Positions 61,080 through 64,000 of a DNA stretch of 64,000 bases are shown here, one piece after another. Below the pieces are notes generated by a model. It did no database searches. It had not been told where the DNA came from and saw only the letters and a program-made list of their open reading frames with translations. This DNA comes from an uncultured Chloroflexia bacterium (lineage in GTDB: Bacteria; Chloroflexota; Limnocylindria; Limnocylindrales; CSP1-4). The stretch covers positions 943-64,942 of the forward strand of contig CAVQKO010000004.1 of NCBI GenBank assembly GCA_963713075.1, read 5' to 3'. Within the stretch, counting starts at the first letter, position 1; every line of letters starts with the position of its first letter. A program made the translations under genes and the position numbers.

Positions 61080-63092
61080 TCACCTGCAGTACGTCGCGAC
61101 GACGACGCCGGCGCCGGCGTGCCCCGGGTCGGGCGCGTAGCCCGGGCCGGTCCTGACCACGACAATCTCCACGATGTCGCCCGAGACGACCTTGCCGTGC
61201 TTGCTGATCGAGCTCGAGACCGCGACCCCCATATAGGCCGGGACGGTGTCGACCGGCGAGGCGCTGTCCCCCGATGACGTCGTCCACGTCCCGCCGCAGG
61301 CCGGCGGCGCGGAGGACACGTCGCCGGCGAATCCCTTGAAGCTCGACGGGCCGGATCCCTGGCTCAGCGAGTTGTCCTTGGCCCACTGCGAGCCCCAGAA
61401 CGTCGCTCCGGATCCGGTCGCCGCGCTCCCGTCGCCGAGGACGAACACGCCGCGCTCGGGGAAGGCGAAGACGATCGCGTGCTGCGTGTCGGCCGACGGC
61501 AGGTAGTAGCCGTCGCCGGCGAAGCGGGCCTCGACCGGCTCAGGGCCCAGGTCGACCGACACATTCGACACGGTGCAGCCGGCATCCCCCGACGCGCCGG
61601 TCGGTGGCGTCACGCAGCTCTGGCTGCCAGCGCCACTGCCAAGGGTGAGGGTCAGGGACCGCCCGGCGATCGGCACGGTCCCGTCCTCGAGCAGGCGCCC
61701 CGACAGGCTCACCGGGTGGCCCTGCGCGATGACGGTCGGGCCGGTGTAGGTCGTGGTCGTCTCCTCCCTGGTGACCTGGAAGGCCGTGCTGTCGTTGCTC
61801 GCGAGATCGTCGTCGTCACCGGCGAACGCCGCGGAGACGGTGAACGGCCCGGCCGGTTCGGTCGGGGTGACCGGGCACGTGGCCCGCCCGTTCACGTTGG
61901 TCACCGCGGAGCAGTGCTCGGAGCCCATCGAGAAGTCGATGGTCCTGCCCGCGATCGCCCGTCCGTCGTCCGTCCGGGTCAAGGTCGCGGCGAGGTTGGC
62001 GACATCGTGGTAGTCGGCGCTTGTCGGCCCGTCGTAGCGGAGTGTCGTCCGCGCCCTGTCCACGGTCTGGGTAACGGTTCCGTCACTCCCGGTGAAGTTC
62101 GGGCTGTCACTGGTGAACACGGCCCCGATGGTGTGGGTCCCCACGCCGAGGGTCGCGGTGGTGATCGCAGCGTGCCCCGATCCGTCGACGCTGACCGGCG
62201 CGGCGATGTCCACCCCGCCATCCTGGAACTGCACGCTCCCGGTGACGGTGCCGGCGCCTGGCGCATCGACCGTGGCCGCCGCGGTGAACGTCACGGCGGC
62301 ACCCGACTCGGACGGGTCCGCAGACGACGAGACGGTGGTCGTCGTTGCGGCGGGGTTGACGCGCTGACCCGGCAGGATCAGCCCCTGGAGCAGCGTCCCG
62401 GTGCTCCCCTGCAGATCGGGATCGGAGCTCGTGAAGATGGCCTGGACCGGGTGGAGGCCGACCGAGAGGTCAGCTGTCGTGTACGAGGCGTGCCCGCTGC
62501 CATCGACCGGCTGCGGGCCGCCGATGTCGGCGCCGTCCGCGCGGAACTGGACCGTGCCGGTCACGCTGGCCGAGCATGGGTTCGAGACGTCAGCGAACCA
62601 CGTCACCGGCTCGCCGTAGACCGACGGGTCGACGGAGGACGTCACCTCGGTGGTCGACTCGGCGGCGGTGACCTGCTGCACGATCGGGTTGCTGATCCCA
62701 GCCCCGGCGTCGCTGTCATACGCAAAGGTGATGTTGTGGGCGCCGGCGCCAAGGACCGTCGAGAGGGTCGCCGAGCTGTGGTTCGTGGGGACCGGCACGC
62801 CGTACTCGTCGCCCCAGTCCGGGGACAGGGCCTCGGCACCCAGGGCATGCGTCCCATCGAAGAAGACCACGCCGCCAAGCGGGGGCGGGATGATCCCGTA
62901 CACCGTCGCCGTGAACGTGACGGACGTGCACGCGGAGGACGGATTCTGCGACGACCCGAGGTCGGTCAGCGGCGACGAGGCTGCGACGCGCGCGGGAATG
63001 GCCGCGAACAGCAACAGCCCAAGTCCGGCAACCGCGAACCGGGTTGCCACGGCGATAGGGCCGGCAGATGCCATGGCGATGAGGCGGTGCAT
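61080..63092 (-). CDS. Secreted large protein with multiple bacterial Ig-like repeat domains
   Basis: Signal peptide, then repeated modules of the type VTFTA...VDGSGHA..TTA.L.VG.H...A.F.S ending in a conserved C-terminal domain. Confidence 0.75.
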   Translation of the reverse strand: MHRLIAMASAGPIAVATRFAVAGLGLLLFAAIPARVAASSPLTDLGSSQNPSSACTSVTFTATVYGIIPPPLGGVVFFDGTHALGAEALSPDWGDEYGVPVPTNHSSATLSTVLGAGAHNITFAYDSDAGAGISNPIVQQVTAAESTTEVTSSVDPSVYGEPVTWFADVSNPCSASVTGTVQFRADGADIGGPQPVDGSGHASYTTADLSVGLHPVQAIFTSSDPDLQGSTGTLLQGLILPGQRVNPAATTTTVSSSADPSESGAAVTFTAAATVDAPGAGTVTGSVQFQDGGVDIAAPVSVDGSGHAAITTATLGVGTHTIGAVFTSDSPNFTGSDGTVTQTVDRARTTLRYDGPTSADYHDVANLAATLTRTDDGRAIAGRTIDFSMGSEHCSAVTNVNGRATCPVTPTEPAGPFTVSAAFAGDDDDLASNDSTAFQVTREETTTTYTGPTVIAQGHPVSLSGRLLEDGTVPIAGRSLTLTLGSGAGSQSCVTPPTGASGDAGCTVSNVSVDLGPEPVEARFAGDGYYLPSADTQHAIVFAFPERGVFVLGDGSAATGSGATFWGSQWAKDNSLSQGSGPSSFKGFAGDVSSAPPACGGTWTTSSGDSASPVDTVPAYMGVAVSSSISKHGKVVSGDIVEIVVVRTGPGYAPDPGHAGAGVVVATYCR

Positions 63093-63410
63093 CGGTTGCT
63101 CCTGTTGACGCGAGAGCGGCGGCCCGCACGATCAGCGAGCGCCACGGCGACCATAGGCAGGGACGATCGCAATCCGATCGCAAACCCGAGGCGTGCCTGC
63201 GTCCTCAGCTCACGCTCGGTCACGTTGCGGGTGCCGGCTGCCCGACCGCAGCGATTGCGCCGGGCCCGCCCCCAGGTCCCCGGCAGGTCCGCTCGCTCGA
63301 CCGCCGGTCGCTACCCTAGGAAGCGGCGCCCCGTGATCCGCTGACCAGAGCGCGGGGGTCGCTCGAGGGAGGTCCGTCGATGTGCCAAGGGCGCTCAATG
63401 GGATGGGAGC

Positions 63411-64000
63411 GTGAGTAGCCTGCATCTGAACGGCCGCGGCCGAAGCGGCAAGTCGATCACGCTCGACGTCGACGCAATCGTCTTCGACTGCGACGGCGTG
63501 CTGGTTGACTCGACAGAGAGCGTCGAGCGGAGCTGGCGCCGGTGGGCGGAACAGGTCGGGCTCAGCTTCGACGCGGTGCCCGCCGAGATCCATGGCCGAA
63601 CCTCCCGTGCGACCGCAGAGGCGCTGCTGCCGCCCGAGGCGGTTGCGTCCGCGGCGGCGCTGATGGAGCAGATCGAGATCGACGACGCGGCGTCCGTCCG
63701 CGCGGTGCCCGGAGCACGGGTGCTGCTGGCATCGGTGCCGGCGGACCGGTGGGCCGTCGTCACGTCCGGGACCCGGCCGCTGTTCTCCGCACGCATGGCC
63801 GCGTCAGGCCTGCCGATGCCGGCGATCGCCGTGACCGCCGACGACGTCGCGCGCTCGAAGCCGGATCCGGCGGGCTACGCTCGCGCCCTCCGGCTCCTCG
63901 ACGTCGACCCCGCGCGGGCCGTGGTCCTCGAGGACGCCGTGCCAGGGATCTTTGCCGCGCGTGCAGCCGGCGTCCGGTGGGTGATCCGCGTCGGCCTGGG
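63411..64000 (+). CDS. HAD-superfamily hydrolase, partial (runs off the window end)
   Basis: Motif I IVFDCDGVLVDS, then SKPDP and VLEDAVPGIFAARAAG. GTG at 63411 is the only nearby in-frame start; the start is uncertain. Confidence 0.6.
   Translation, partial: MSSLHLNGRGRSGKSITLDVDAIVFDCDGVLVDSTESVERSWRRWAEQVGLSFDAVPAEIHGRTSRATAEALLPPEAVASAAALMEQIEIDDAASVRAVPGARVLLASVPADRWAVVTSGTRPLFSARMAASGLPMPAIAVTADDVARSKPDPAGYARALRLLDVDPARAVVLEDAVPGIFAARAAGVRWVIRVGL

Overview
This is a high-GC (about 70-72%) actinobacterial-type chromosomal segment with dense, often translationally coupled genes. Many gene junctions are 4-nt GTGA or ATGA stop/start overlaps. All calls come from reading the six-frame translations and recognising protein families by eye; no searches were run.

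Main content:
- Pyrimidine biosynthesis in two separated blocks. One block is pyrR-pyrB-pyrC plus a small membrane protein, with a PyrR-box-like leader. The other is pyrK, a membrane protein, pyrD and a DUF1294 membrane protein, all with GTGA overlaps.
- A fused PreT/PreA-type dihydropyrimidine dehydrogenase.
- Two ECF sigma / anti-sigma pairs.
- Three two-component systems, one with a large GAF/PAS hybrid kinase and one preceded by a lipoprotein and a secreted protein.
- Other recognisable genes: lipB, a GalT-family protein, a group II PLP decarboxylase, an Old-Yellow-Enzyme/FadH-like oxidoreductase, two aldehyde dehydrogenases (one with DUF779), a secreted S8 protease, an orphan membrane-anchored Leu/Ile/Val-type binding protein that looks frameshifted, a DarA-like PII protein, an MFS transporter, CtaG, and PadR and XRE regulators.
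- A lone PAAR-like DUF4280 gene inside a small island bracketed by two circularly permuted tandem-ACT paralogs.

No rRNA, tRNA, CRISPR array or transposase was recognised. Unusual DNA features are two perfect 41-bp direct repeats plus an 18-bp x4 tandem repeat in a convergent intergenic region, a low-GC operator-rich divergent promoter, and a poly-G tract frameshift.
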